Below are positions 51,704 through 64,000 of a stretch of DNA of 64,000 bases, piece by piece; the first letter of the stretch is position 1; the number at the start of each line of letters is the position of its first letter. The translations under genes and the position numbers were made by a program. The notes beneath the pieces are model-generated. The model saw only the letters and a list, made by a program, of their open reading frames with translations. It ran no database searches and was not told the origin of the DNA. This DNA is from Vicugna vicugna (Eukaryota), in the NCBI GenBank assembly GCA_013265495.1, contig MU058844.1, positions 8,493,260 to 8,557,259 on the forward strand, given 5' to 3'.

Positions 51704-52249
51704 GAAAAACTCTAGGATCAAGACCATATAAAATCAATTATCTAATGGAGGGAAAGCATAAGTAATATTAAATGAGCTCCTACTATGTGTCAGTGTCTAT
51801 TCACACACCGTTTTCACTAAATGCTTGTAGTGCTAAGGTGGGTGTTATTGTATGACTGTTAACTGATAAGTACATTTCAAAGACACTGAGAAAACTGACC
51901 TGTGTCACATAGCTAAGAGTAGGAGAGGTGGTACTCAAGCCTGTCTGCCTGACTTCCGAAACTCATTCCTACCACCCCATTCTGAGGTCCAGAGAGCTAA
52001 CATTTATTGATTACCTACTTTCTGTCAGACACTGGCTGGAAGAGTCATATATATTTTATGAATAATAGATTGTATAAGGTGCTCTGGATGCAGCAGAGAA
52101 TTCTAAGGCATGGCTTGTGAACTCAAAGACCTTGTAGTATATTTAAGATTAAATAGGCAACACTAAAGTGCCTGCAAAGTGGAGAGCACTGCTATAGGAG
52201 CTGAACTGCTTTCAACTCTATGTTTTCTATGACCTTTTGAATCTTGAAT

Positions 52250-52460
52250 GATTGTGGTAGAAATGAGTGGATCACAGCTCTGTCATGTATTAGATGTGTG
52301 ATTCTGGGCAAATTATCTACCTCTTTGCACCTAAGTTTCTCCATTTGTAAAATGTACATAATCATAATGCTCAGTTCATGAGTCTGTTGTGACAATAAAA
52401 ATGAGAACTTAGAGTGCTTTGAAGTTATGTTACTAGGTACACACAAGTTATTGTATAACT
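52250..52460 (+). mobile_element. MIR SINE
   Basis: tgtgtgattctgggcaaattat...ctaagtttctccatttgtaaaatg. Confidence 0.7.
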
Positions 52461-52489
52461 ATAACATCTTCCTGGTGAATCTTTCCTTT

Positions 52490-54065
52490 TATCATCCCAT
52501 TACTCTTTGTGCCTAGTAACACTTTCACATATTTTTTTCTTTTGTCTGTAAATTGTTTTGTCTTATGCTAGTTTTCTTTTGATTAGAATTTGCTACTAGT
52601 AGTATTTGCTATCTTTTTTTTTTTCCTCCTATCCTTTTACCTGCAATTGTTTGGGGTCCATATGCCTTAGGGATTTAAAAATTATATTTATGCTTATGTA
52701 ATTATTATCAGTTTTTATCTATCTTGAACATTTTATTTAATGCTGTTTTTCCTGTGCTTGTATTTTCCTTCTTATGTGTTCTATTGGATTGACAGAATTT
52801 GTCTTTTAATCTCTTTATTCATTTGGAAATTATGTATTTCCATTGAAATGAGATTATCTATTTCTTTTATTAACCTTAATATTTAAACACATATATTTAA
52901 GCAAATTTAAAAAAATTAGAATTGCTGCTCTCTTTCCAACCAATATAACTGACTTGGAATGCTTTCTCTTTCTTAACTCTTATCATGTTTTCCATGTTAT
53001 TGTGATCAAATGTTAGTTCCACCTTTAGATTTTCTATTCCACCTATAGATTTTATATCCCCTAAATTAATCACTATTCTTCTATATAGTCATTGCTTTCT
53101 TGGTAATTTTCTCAACACTGCCTAACAATTCACTAATCATGTTTTCAGCTTCATTTAATTTTCTGTTTTTACTCTTGATTAAATTTTTAATTTCTAAAAC
53201 TTCTATTTGGTTCTTTTTCAAATCTGCCTGGATTTTTCTGATTGTATTTGCTCTTTTTATTTAGGTTTGTCATTCCCTTCTATATATACTAAATCACTTA
53301 AATACACTTAGTATTTTATATACGATTGTTCTGAAGTCTTGAAGGTCTTATCTGCTGTTTATAGTATCTGCTGATTCTTGCTCTCAGTGGATGATTTCTT
53401 TACATTCTTTCTAACTTTGGACTGCTTATCCTCTGCAGGCTGTCTTTTATTGCCTGGGTTTAGGCTGTATCCTTTAAGAATGACTTTTTCATTTAATGCT
53501 ATCAAGAGTCTTAAAGATTTATTAGCCACTGGCCAACATTTTATATTAATTTCAAGCTTTCGAGATTTGGATTCAGCATCTTGTGGGAATTCAAACACCA
53601 AACTTGACTGAGGTCAGGACTATGGTTACAAATTCTTAGCAGAGATTTCTTTTCCTCTCGCTCACAGAACCAGACTACAACAACAGATGTGCTACCTTTT
53701 CATTTCCCTCTGGTGGGTGCATTTTTATAGCCTACCGTGTTGTGTGAAGGTGTCCCCTTTGAGGATCCTAGTTTTACAGGGGAGGGTCAAGAGTTCAAGG
53801 CAGGTAATCCATCAGGCCCTTGGTTAGAGCAACAGTACACTTCACCTATGCATCCCACCAACTTGGTATTTATGGTATTTACAGTTCTGGATTTTAGTTC
53901 ACTCTTAACTTTTGAATTACTTTTTATTTTTTTCAAATCTCCTTGAAATGTTGATGCTTTCTTCTGACCTACCATGTATTTAAAAATGTTTCTTATATTT
54001 ATCCAATGTGCTTATGGATTTTGCAGTTTGAGGGCTTATAGATTTTCCAGTTTACCATATTGCAA
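52490..54065 (-). mobile_element. Very old L1M/HAL1-like fragments
   Basis: T-rich decayed LINE sequence, e.g. tctatttggttctttttcaaatctgcct. Confidence 0.55.
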
Positions 54066-54169
54066 GAAATGCATCTACACTCATGGAAAGTAGAAAGTGG
54101 ATTCTAAAAGCAGTAGAGTTTGTTATGGCAGTGATAAGGAAAGTTCTGAGTTCTTACAGCACATTTTCC

Positions 54170-54785
54170 ACATTGTATCCATGCCATTCTTTCTAAATCA
54201 CAAATCTTACTATACCATTGCCTAAAAACCCTTTAGTGATTTCCCACTGCTCTTGGTAAAAATTCTAATTCTCTTAGCATGTCTTTCACTGAATTTCATT
54301 ATTTGCTCCCTCCTTGCCCATCCAGTTCTCTCTTTCCATGCAGTTTTTTCATGCAGCTAGAATTAATTTCCTTAACCTTTTCAAGTTTGTCATTTTGTTT
54401 TCACCTCCAGCCTTTTTACCCCACGGATCCCTCCCCTTAGAACACAGATTTTTTCTCATCTCTCTCCTTCATCCCAACTCCCAACTGATGATTGTCTAAT
54501 TTTTCAGGATTGAGTTTAAGCATCACTTCCTCCAAGGAGCTTGTCTTGACTCTCCCTCCCCAGAACATGTATTTCCATTACATGTTCTTATAGCATCCTA
54601 TACTTCTTATTTCCTCTATCATGTCACTAAAATAGCATTTATTTATACTTGATAGTTTATTGGTCATTCTTGCTAGTCTCTAAATTCCATGAATGTAGAC
54701 ACCCAAATTATTTCCTCATTACTGATTCTCTATATTCTAGCATGATATATTGTAGGCAATTAGTAAATATCTGTTGAATATTCAA
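54170..54785 (+). mobile_element. L2 fragment
   Basis: tttctaaatcacaaatct...cccactgctctt...catcacttcctcca...agtaaatatctgttgaat. Confidence 0.7.
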
Positions 54786-55022
54786 ATTATAACTGCTATG
54801 GCTATTATCATTTCCAGTGGCTATTGTTTATGTGCCTAGTACAGGGTAGAAATTATAGGCATTATGCTGTTATAGGGAAGCTTTAATTTGGGGGTACTTA
54901 TGAGAACCTTTCACAAATAGAAAATGGCTATGTCCTATAATTTTAATTATCTACTTTGTGAGGCTGTGTATTCAGATCTATCATACTGAGTACAGAAAAT
55001 TTTGACTATGGTGACTACTTTT

Positions 55023-55060
55023 AAATGGGTCAAACCAAATGGGTCAAATCAAATGGGTCA
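55023..55060 (+). repeat. 14-bp tandem repeat (2.7 copies) carrying GGGTCA
   Basis: aaatgggtcaaacc aaatgggtcaaatc aaatgggtca. Confidence 0.9.
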
Positions 55061-57504
55061 TTTTGTGGAAAGAATCCTTGATGATGATACTGGTACAAAG
55101 GCGATTAAATTCACTCATACGTTCCCCTATGGTTGTGCCATGTATGTTGGCATTGAAGAGTAGGAAGAGTCTTGAAATTTTTCAGGGTAGTCTTTCTTTC
55201 AGGCATGGACATCACACTTAGTACTTACCGAAATACCAGATGGCAAATATGAGTGAAGAAAAATCCAGACAGATATTGTGGGATGTGTTAATGGCTACAG
55301 GTAAGGCTATGGCATCACTAGAATAGGTGTCCATGGGCCTTCATGGAAAGGACTTATGGACAGAGATGCACATACTGAAGAATACCAATAACAGAATATG
55401 TTTATGGGCGCAAAGAGGAAGTAGTGTGAATATCAGCAAATCAGCTGGACAGCTAGATCAGTTTGTACTGTTGCCACATGAGGAAGGCGAGGTTCAAGGT
55501 AGACTGAATGAGGGTGAATTCCTTGTTCAGAAATAGGGCAGAGACTGTTTTTAGAGATTAGTACTTCCAGCACAATCTGACATTCTTGCTTTCAAGTTCG
55601 CTATCTGGCTTAGATATCTAGGTTTTAGGTGAGACTTCTAGGTTTATCAATAATCTTGGAGTTGAGATATACAAAGACCAGCAATTGTCATCTTTGTCAC
55701 CACTTCACTACACAATTTATGAAGTTTTAACCTGTGGCAATAGGTTGAATTTTTTATACTGTGACATATCTCTGCCCTCTTGGTAAAGACATCCCATCTT
55801 AAATGTGGTTCTTGAGGTTTTATTACCCACATGGAGCAGATAGTTGTGTTCTGTGGGACTGAGCTCCTTTAAGAATCACATGCAGAGGAACAGGAGCCAA
55901 AATTTAGAGTTCCTCTGGGCCTCCACAGCATCCATGGTCATTTAGGTCCATCAATCTCAATCACAAGCAGCTGAGAAAGTTTTCAAAGTGAAATTTAAAT
56001 TACAGACACTGGAGAATATATTATGCTATCAGGAATCACTGAAATGATGATTTCTTATTCAGAGGATATGTGAAAAGGACTGGGTGATGTCAAAGATGAG
56101 AAATAAGAACCAATAATAAAAACCAGAGATTTTGGGAATCATTGAATGCTCTCATTGGTAAGTGAATGACTATAACACTAATTTTTTTCAGATGTATTTG
56201 GACTCCCTTAAGGAAGTAGATATGACACTCAACACTAGTCAATTAAGTACATCTTGCTCAGATCTTATATGCAAATGATGCTGACCTAGACAAATGGACC
56301 TAGATTAACAGGCTGAAATGAATTTTTGAGTTGAGAGTATGTGAGTATATTTAGTTGACTAAGTTGTCATTCAGAGAGCAGATTATTCCTTGGCCTAGAA
56401 GCCTCTCTATGTGTGTGTGTGTGTGTGGTGAAGTGGGGACAACAACCCTTGACAAATTGTGGGTACATTTCATAGGCCAAAGGTCATCACTGGATATACA
56501 AGTGTTCCAATGTATTTTTATAAGGTATATTATTTTGATTGCATATAATGAACCCCACTTATATCAATTTATGGAAAAAAAAAACATTGGAAGGATTCTG
56601 GGAAAGTTTTTAGAGTCCAAGGTGGAGCTAAACATCAGCTTCAGGAAGGCAGGAATAGGACAATTCTGGGGTCCATAGATACTGATTCAGGGTCTTGAAT
56701 ATCAAGATGATGGTTTTGTTTCTTGCCTTTTCCTCTGTATTTTGTCATGCAAATGAACTCTTTGTCCAGGAGCAGGGGAGGGGTGTACATGACTTCTAGC
56801 AGCTTTTAGTGCTTCTTGCAACTTAGTTATTAGATAGTAAAAATCCTTTGTCCCACATTCTGCTCCAGTTATTAAAACACCCAGGGAAGGGCTTGGACTG
56901 GTCAGAGGTGGGTCCTGTGCCTGCCCCAAAGGGATGTGGGTTGGGTCTCATTGGAAACATATATTTCTTTTGTTTTGAATTTACTTTTACTCTATGACCT
57001 TCTCCCTTCCCTTTAGCTCAAGCTTCTAAACATGATTCATCCATCATTGGGTGACTGAGGCGAGGAGTGAGTTGTTCTGGAATAGAGGAAAAAGGATGAA
57101 TTTTTACTGTTATACTTAGACAAAAAGCCACGATCCAGACATCAGACCACGTATGTGGGAGAACTCTTGCTAACTTAATTTTTATCAGTTTTTATAGTTG
57201 CAGTTCCAAGGGAGAGAAGAGTTGGAGAAGAAAGAAACTCCCAAGAATGAATGAAAGACCCGCATGCTTTGCCTCCTGTTCTGGGCATAGTTCCAAGCTG
57301 AGTGGTACAAGATCAACACCCCACAGTAGGTCTGGAGATGTGAAATAAAAGGGGACTTTCTACCGGGTTACCTGGGTGGCAGAATGGTACGTCCCTCTGA
57401 TGACCATGGTGTGGGAAAATAGAACTGGAACAATTGTATCATGTGCCTGGGCAAAAGAGTGTGCGGTAGACTCATTCAATTGATGTAATTAAGCCCTTTT
57501 TACA

Positions 57505-57830
57505 AGGGAGGCTCTCCAGCAGCAGACGCTAAGATGGAGTTTGAGGTGCAAAATGTTTATTAGGGGTGTAACATCTTTAAAAGGAAGAGGGAGAAAAGCA
57601 GGATAGGATAGAAGAAGTCCAACCATGATACAGCCTTGGCTAACCTCATGGGAAGCTTTGGAACAAGAATTGCCAGTTTCCTAGGCTGTTTGAAATGGCT
57701 GAGCCTCTATCCCCACACCTTGCTCTATCACTGGGTGTGGACCACCCAGCAATGCATGTGACCCCAGGCAAGGCAGCTTACTGCAGCTGAAGCCAATCAA
57801 GAAAACGCTAACAGCTAGGCTAGACCCTAC
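57505..57830 (-). mobile_element. LTR16-like ERVL LTR
   Basis: agcagacgctaagatggagtttgaggtgcaaaatgtttattaggg...ctgcagctgaag. Confidence 0.7.
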
Positions 57831-60489
57831 ACCCTCCTTTTAAAATTGACTTGAAGGTGCATCTTGTATTTACATAAGCTCTCAAGGGATACAGGAAGTA
57901 GCCACTGTTTTCTTTTGGGGATGAGAATGATGAGGACCTAAAGGATCTTGTGGTGATGACAGTGCTACAGAGCAGAAAACAACCATAGCTTATGCTGTTG
58001 TTGACCCAGTGAGAAGGCAGAATCCCTCAGCAGTTGCCAGTGTAACAAAAGGAACATATCAAAAGACCCAGCAGGATATGAACTTTAATAGATGAGAAAA
58101 TAAAACATTCCTATTTCCTACCTCTACCTCCAACCTCTACCTCTCTGTCATGGTGTTGTGTAAGCCTTCTCGAATTTATGACATTCGGGGAGAAGGTCTG
58201 AAATAACTGACTTGGAATTGAATATGACTATGTTTTTCCATCAGGTAAAATGTTGATTTTATAGAAAAATAAAAATTTTTCTACAGAAAAATAAAAATGA
58301 AGTTATAGAAAAATAAAAATTCTAATTTGCATATCCAGAGACATGGCCATGAAAATTCATAACTATCTCACAGTAATTGAAATAAAACTAAACTCTTGCT
58401 GTTCACCTTTATTAGGAGAATATGAATGGTTCTCCAAATTTTGGTTAAGTCGGAACAATTATGTTTTATACAAATCAGACTTCTTTCAAAATGTTTGATA
58501 GTATTTAGGTCTTATATGCTTACTTGACAAGAGTGCAGTGTTGTGACATTATTTAGACACATGCCCACCTCACAGCCCTTTCCACTGTATTCTTTCATTC
58601 TGGAATGCTCTTCAACAGCATCTTAGTCTTCTATGCCATTTTGTTTCTTGCTCAAATGTCACTTTCTCAGACAGCTATTCCTTAGATAACTTATTCATGT
58701 TTCCTTAACATGCTTTAACTTTCTTCAGCTGTTTATCGCTACCTGACATTATATTCTGTTATTTGTATGCTGTGTCCTCACAAGAAAGGAAACTGTGAGG
58801 GCAGCACATTCTTTTCATCATCTTCAACCCTCAGTTCTCACCACCTGGTAGATGATCAACAAATATTTGTTGAATAATGATTGATGGTATTTACAGATTT
58901 GCCAATTCTGGAAATTTACTTAAATTGCCTCTAATGGGGAAAATTATACAAATTATTTTACTTTACATATCTTCCTATATGAAAAACTTCTGAATCCATT
59001 TAAAATAATGCAACTGAAAAAACTTAAAATATGAAGGCACTAAAATGGCCTCATTCTGAACATATTTTCAAGCAGCATTCACTTGGAGCTTCAAATATAC
59101 ATCTTTCTAGATGGCTGAATTAGAATGAAATATTGTCAAAAGCAACACTGGATTAGCATTGTTAATCAGACATATTTGTATTCCCAGGCTTCACGCACAT
59201 AGCAAGATCACATTTTGCTAAACAGAGGTGAGACATTTTTGAATATAGCTTAGCAGTGGGAAAATGGCATTGGGGGGGTCAAAGGTAAAGTAAAGTTGGA
59301 AAACCAGGTTTTCCAACTGTGAGATTTAAAAGGAAAAGGTATTTTTTCTTTTTCTTTCCCTTCATCTCCTCTTCCTCTAGTTCTCTTATTATTCTTCTCT
59401 TTCCACCCCCTTCTCTTTCTCCTCTTCCTTCTTAAATCCTTCTGTGTAGGTATCCCACTGGGTGGGAGTATGGAGCTAGTTTTATCAGAAAAGAGCAATG
59501 GAAAACAACACTTAAAAATAGTGTGGCTGTTTCAAGATATTAATACTACTATTCTTAGAAAGTCTTTTTGTATTTTTAGATCTTCCACAGACTGAGGGGA
59601 GAAATGACAAACGGCATCTGGGATGTAGATATATGACAGATTGGCAAGACTTGTCCAGACAGGACAGTCAGTGCTTTATTTTACTTCAAATGTCTTCAGC
59701 TTATAAGTAGAGGATCAGTGAAGAAAGTGTTCTAGAATTAATTGTGTTTTTTCTGACATGTTTCCTTAGCTTATTTATTAATTTTCTAGTCACATAAATT
59801 ATACAATTTTTGTTTTTATTTCACCAAGATTTGTGGGGGGGGAGTGATAATGGATTACTGAAATAATATCGCTCAGAGGAGTTTAATATGAGCAGAGGAT
59901 AATGCTCATATTAAAGTATGATACATTACTTTGAATTGATGCCTTAATAAATTACATTTATCTCAGAAAAAAATCTTGTGTGTTACTGACCATGGGATAA
60001 TATTATCTATTTCTCATTTTTATGTATTAAGATACATCTCAAAAAACAGTGCAAATGTCATAGCAATACAATTTAAAATTACTATACATATAAATGCCTG
60101 TTTATTGACTGGGACTTTGCATATAATTAAATGCAATAACCAAGCAGGTGTCAGAATAAATATATGCATTTCTATTTTTTCAGAAAGAAAATACAAATTT
60201 AATTTAATAAATTCCAGAGGGACGCATTACCAAGAGAAGCCTGCCAGTTAAGATTTGTTACTACGATGGTATGACGGTAGACAAACCATTTCCATGATAA
60301 TTTAAACAGCTTTGGGCATAAGAGGCGGGAATAAATACCTTAAATTCAGTATAGATGTGAAAAACAAGTCACTATGTACTCTGATGTATTCAGTGTGATG
60401 GAAGAGTAATTTGCTTTAATCCTCTGCAGAAACAACTCTGGGCTCCAAAAAGGGAAGACAGTTGAGAAGTAAGCAGAATAGTGCTCCAA

Positions 60490-61010
60490 GTGCAGCCAGA
60501 GTGATCTATCAAAATATAAATCTGTTAATGTCACCACTTTGCATCTTTATAAAGACACAAATCTATGTAGTGCTTTCTTGTGGTTCAAGACTGAAATCTT
60601 TCTCCTGGATTCACAAGGCTCTTTATTGTGTCATTCCACCTTTCTTCCAGGCTCTGTTTCAATCACCCTCTCTTTTTCCTCTGTTCCAGTAACACTAGAC
60701 TTCTTTTATTTACTAAAATGAGCCATGAGAGTCTCTTTCCTGCTGCTTGGTAGCCAGGGAAGGCCTGGGTTCCCTTGCCCACTTAATTCTCTTTCATCCA
60801 TCAGATTTCAAACATCACTTTATCGGGGAGGCCTTCTCAGGACTCTCAGTTCAGCACCCAGCTGCAAACTATCAAGGCACCATGTACGTTTCCTTTGCTG
60901 TATGATTATTTGATTAATGTATTTTATAAAACTTGACTGTAAGCTCTAGGTGGGCAGGGACTGGGTCAGATTTTAGTCATCACTGAACTCGTAGCTCTAG
61001 TATTTTATCT
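60490..61010 (+). mobile_element. L2 fragment
   Basis: gcagccagagtgatct...tgtcac...gactgtaagctc...gggcagggactgggtc. Confidence 0.7.
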
Positions 61011-61866
61011 GTGACCCCATTCCCTCTCTCACTCCTTCATTGTATCCTGCCTGTTTTGGAATACTGACTTTGAGATCCCTGTAATCCTCTATGCAACACC
61101 AGTTCCTCCCCTTCAACGTACAGCTAGAGGTTGGGGCTACACATCAAACCCTGAGAGATAGTCTACCATCAAGAAAAGTGAGGTGGCATTTGAAAGGAAC
61201 TTGGTAGCAGTGTATGCAAAAAGCTGTAGCCTTTCACAAACTGTCTTAGTTCAATTTATCGAAGGACAAGAAAATAAATGTAGAAGAAAACCCTATTTCA
61301 TAGCAAGAAAACCAAAGCAGTTGAAAACTTGCAAGCCACATTTTGGACTATACATGTGACATGGCCTTCTATGCTGAATTTGCTGCAGTTGTCCATTTTA
61401 CAATAAATGCAATAGAATAAAGTTTAAGACTGGAACACGAAAAGTGAAAAAATGTTCTCCATAATTAGTACTTTTTTTTCCCCTTGGTTAGTATTAAGGC
61501 CATTATCTGAGACCAAAATGACACCAATGTGAGGGTCACTGTGCTTTAATTGGGAGAAAACAGTGAGAAAAGAAAAATAAACCCTTGTGGTTTAATTACT
61601 AGTCGCATCAAGTGTTATCCCTTCAGGTATAAATACTTTCTTTATCACTTTCCTCAAAGTCCCTGAGAAGAGAGGTGATTACAATGCTTCCTATCTCCAA
61701 ATGTGGGAAATTTATGTAATGAGAAGTTGTTTCTTTTTTCTTTCCATAGCTTGCCAGACTAGAGGTCATCTAATCCAAGTTCCTCATTAGCAGGTGAGAA
61801 AATAATACTTGTGTTGTGAATGCACAATATTGGGATAACTAGGTGATTTGTTCCATTTAAGTTGCC

Positions 61867-61891
61867 TGTGTGTGTGTGTGTGTGTGTGTGT
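61867..61891. repeat. (TG)n microsatellite
   Basis: About 12 TG units. Confidence 0.95.
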
Positions 61892-62477
61892 ACGTGTCTG
61901 TGTACATATGGATATCTGGACTTTTTTTACTGAAGTGATTCATAGCTTACTAATTTCTCAAACATGTCTATACACCCACCACCATCTTAAGAACCAGATA
62001 TAAACTTATCAAATAGTCAGGGTCAAGAAATCCAAGGAAATTCAGTGAAAGGGGGAAGATGAAGAGAGAAGACAGAAAGACAGAAAACTTGAGAGTTCTA
62101 TCTATTATGTTATTCATCTCCTTCTAAAGATATTTATATTATATTGCCTATGAAATCTGAGGCTCAATCTGGATTTGCTAACATTGCTCTATATGAATAT
62201 TGATACAGTATGTTTTATTATGATGAACCAAGAAACAGGTATATACACTGAGAAAAGTAGGAGGAAGTACAACTGTGTACTGACATCTGGGTAGGACTAG
62301 AAAAATGCTCTGGACTTAGAAAAAGCTACAGACAGAATACAAATGACAACTTGGACATATGATGTAGCACACTGACTACCATATTATGATGAAAACCACA
62401 GCTGTATTAAAAAGTGGCTACAGTGATGAAATAATTATACATGGAAAACGTTTTAAATTTTAGAAAAAAGTAATGGG

Positions 62478-63120
62478 ATCTTTTTAAAGAACCAGCATTT
62501 AGTTTCAATGATCTTTTCCTTTTTTTTTTGTCTCTATTTCATTTATTTCTGTTCTGATCTTTAAGGTTTCCTTCCTTCTACTATCTTTGGATTTTGTTTG
62601 TTTTTCTTTCTCTAGTTGCTTTAGGTATAAGATTAGGTTGTTTATTTGAGATTTTTTTCTTGTTTCCTGAGGTAAGCTTGTATCACTAGAAACTTCCCTC
62701 TTAGAACTGCTTTTGCTGCATCCCATGGGTTTCGGGTTGGCATGTTTTCATGTTCATTTTTCTGTAAGTATTTTTTGATTCCCTTTTTAATTTCCTTGTG
62801 ATCCATTACTTGTTTAGTAGCATATTGTTTAGCCTCCATATCTTTGGGTACTTTGCAGTTTTTTCCTTGAAGTTGATTTCTAACCCCATAGTGTTGTGGT
62901 TGGATACGATGCATGATATAATTTCAATTTTCTTAAATTTACTGAGGAGGACATGGGCCAGCATGTGCTCTACTCTGGGGAGTGTTTCATGTGCACTTGA
63001 AAAGAATGTGTATTCTGCTGCTTTTGAATGGAATGCTCTATAAATATCAATTAAGTCTATCTGGTCTATCTGTCATTTAAGGCCTGTGTTTCCTTACTGA
63101 ATTTCTGTCTGGCTGATCTG
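62478..63120 (-). mobile_element. L1 ORF2 internal fragment (endonuclease C-terminal region onward), frameshifted
   Basis: Peptides NPWDAAKAVLRGKF..IQAYLRKQEK and SQINNLILYLKQLEKE...SRRKETLKIRTEINEIE. Confidence 0.93.
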
Positions 63121-63449
63121 AATCATATCAGTCCAAGTAAATTTCTTTTTGACAGAAATACTAGACTAATGAACAACCTCACTCTCCCTCAAATATCATT
63201 AGGTATAGTCTTTCTGAACTTTAGTAAGTCAATAGACAAGCTCTTTTATCTTATACTTGTGAGCAAGATTTTTTAAAAAAAGATGCTTTAATAGTGAATT
63301 AGAAAAATAATTGCCCTAGGAACACTATTCAAAGGGTCCAGATTAATGGAGTTGTGTAAACATGTAACAATTTTAACAGTGTATTTCAGATATTTCAAGG
63401 TCCATTTTGGCTGTCCCATGTGGAATACATTTTATCAATTAATGTATTG

Positions 63450-63462
63450 AATAATAATGATG

Positions 63463-63497
<35 letters not shown>
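63450..63497. repeat. (AAT)n microsatellite
   Basis: Seen directly, with a gat interruption. Confidence 0.95.
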
Positions 63498-63498
<1 letters not shown>

Positions 63499-63675
63499 TA
63501 ATAAAAACTTAAGACTATTTATTTCTACCCATAGCCAACTCACTCCTTTTCCTTTTAACAAATTGACAGTTTTCTTCAGCTATAAGCAGTCTTTATAGCA
63601 GCCTTCTGTTTATGGGTAAAAACATGATCCCTAGCCCCAGAGTCATGATTTAAGACAATCACCGTGCCTCCATAC

Positions 63676-64000
63676 TGAGACAGGAAGGAAGGGGGCAAGG
63701 CACAGCCATTCAAGGAATGACACAGCAATTAACACCAACATGGTGGAAAATTCAAATCCAGGTAGGCCTTGAGGCGCAAGATGGTGGGAGATTTGACTTC
63801 CAGTAGGCTTTGAGCTTCAATTTATGCTCATTATAGTATGTTAGCAGGCTAAATGGCACTCCCACAGGCGCCATGACAGTTTTGAGGCTGACCATACAAG
63901 GTCAAAAAGTAGGCAATGGCCCAATTCCTGGGAACCCTGCCCCTGCCCCAAAGTAGTTGGAATAATCCTCCCACTTGCTAGCATGTGAAGTTACCAAGCC
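63676..64000 (+). mobile_element. ERV1-class LTR (TGAGACAGGA family), cut by the window edge
   Basis: 5' end colinear with 36620 and 43898. Confidence 0.9.

Noticed and set aside
58262..58321. Three agaaaaataaaaat repeats with short spacers (CRISPR-like)
   Set aside because: Low-complexity A-rich slippage in mammalian DNA; wrong unit sizes and no cas genes
59188..59227. 40-nt micro-exon candidate
   Set aside because: Supported by splice-like motifs only; such pairs are expected by chance
60850..60866. TTCAGCACC REST half-site
   Set aside because: The right half (GGACAG) is missing and it lies in an L2 relic

Overview
AT-rich eutherian mammalian genomic DNA, intronic or intergenic. It is probably camelid, judged from one vic-1-like tRNA-derived SINE and from the L1 3' ends, with no Alu, Bov-A/BovB, PRE1 or Can-SINE seen. 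I could not recognise any protein-coding gene or exon. The ORFs with a recognisable origin fall inside repeats, and the only recognisable peptides are decayed LINE-1 ORF2 pieces. The window is dominated by ERV1, ERVL and MaLR solo LTRs (several with TSDs), young and old L1 fragments including very short TSD-flanked tails, L2/MIR relics and hAT/Tigger DNA transposons. I found no convincing novel multi-gene system. The best leads are a near-identical inverted LTR pair (33.5-35.7 kb), two clean DNA hairpins (23.6 and 48.3 kb), a repeat-free block with paired RFX X-box-like motifs (32.7 kb), a possible minus-strand exon/promoter (3.3-3.5 kb) and a CTCF motif (18.3 kb). Repeat family names come from recalled consensus sequences, not a database search, and the boundaries of old repeats are approximate.
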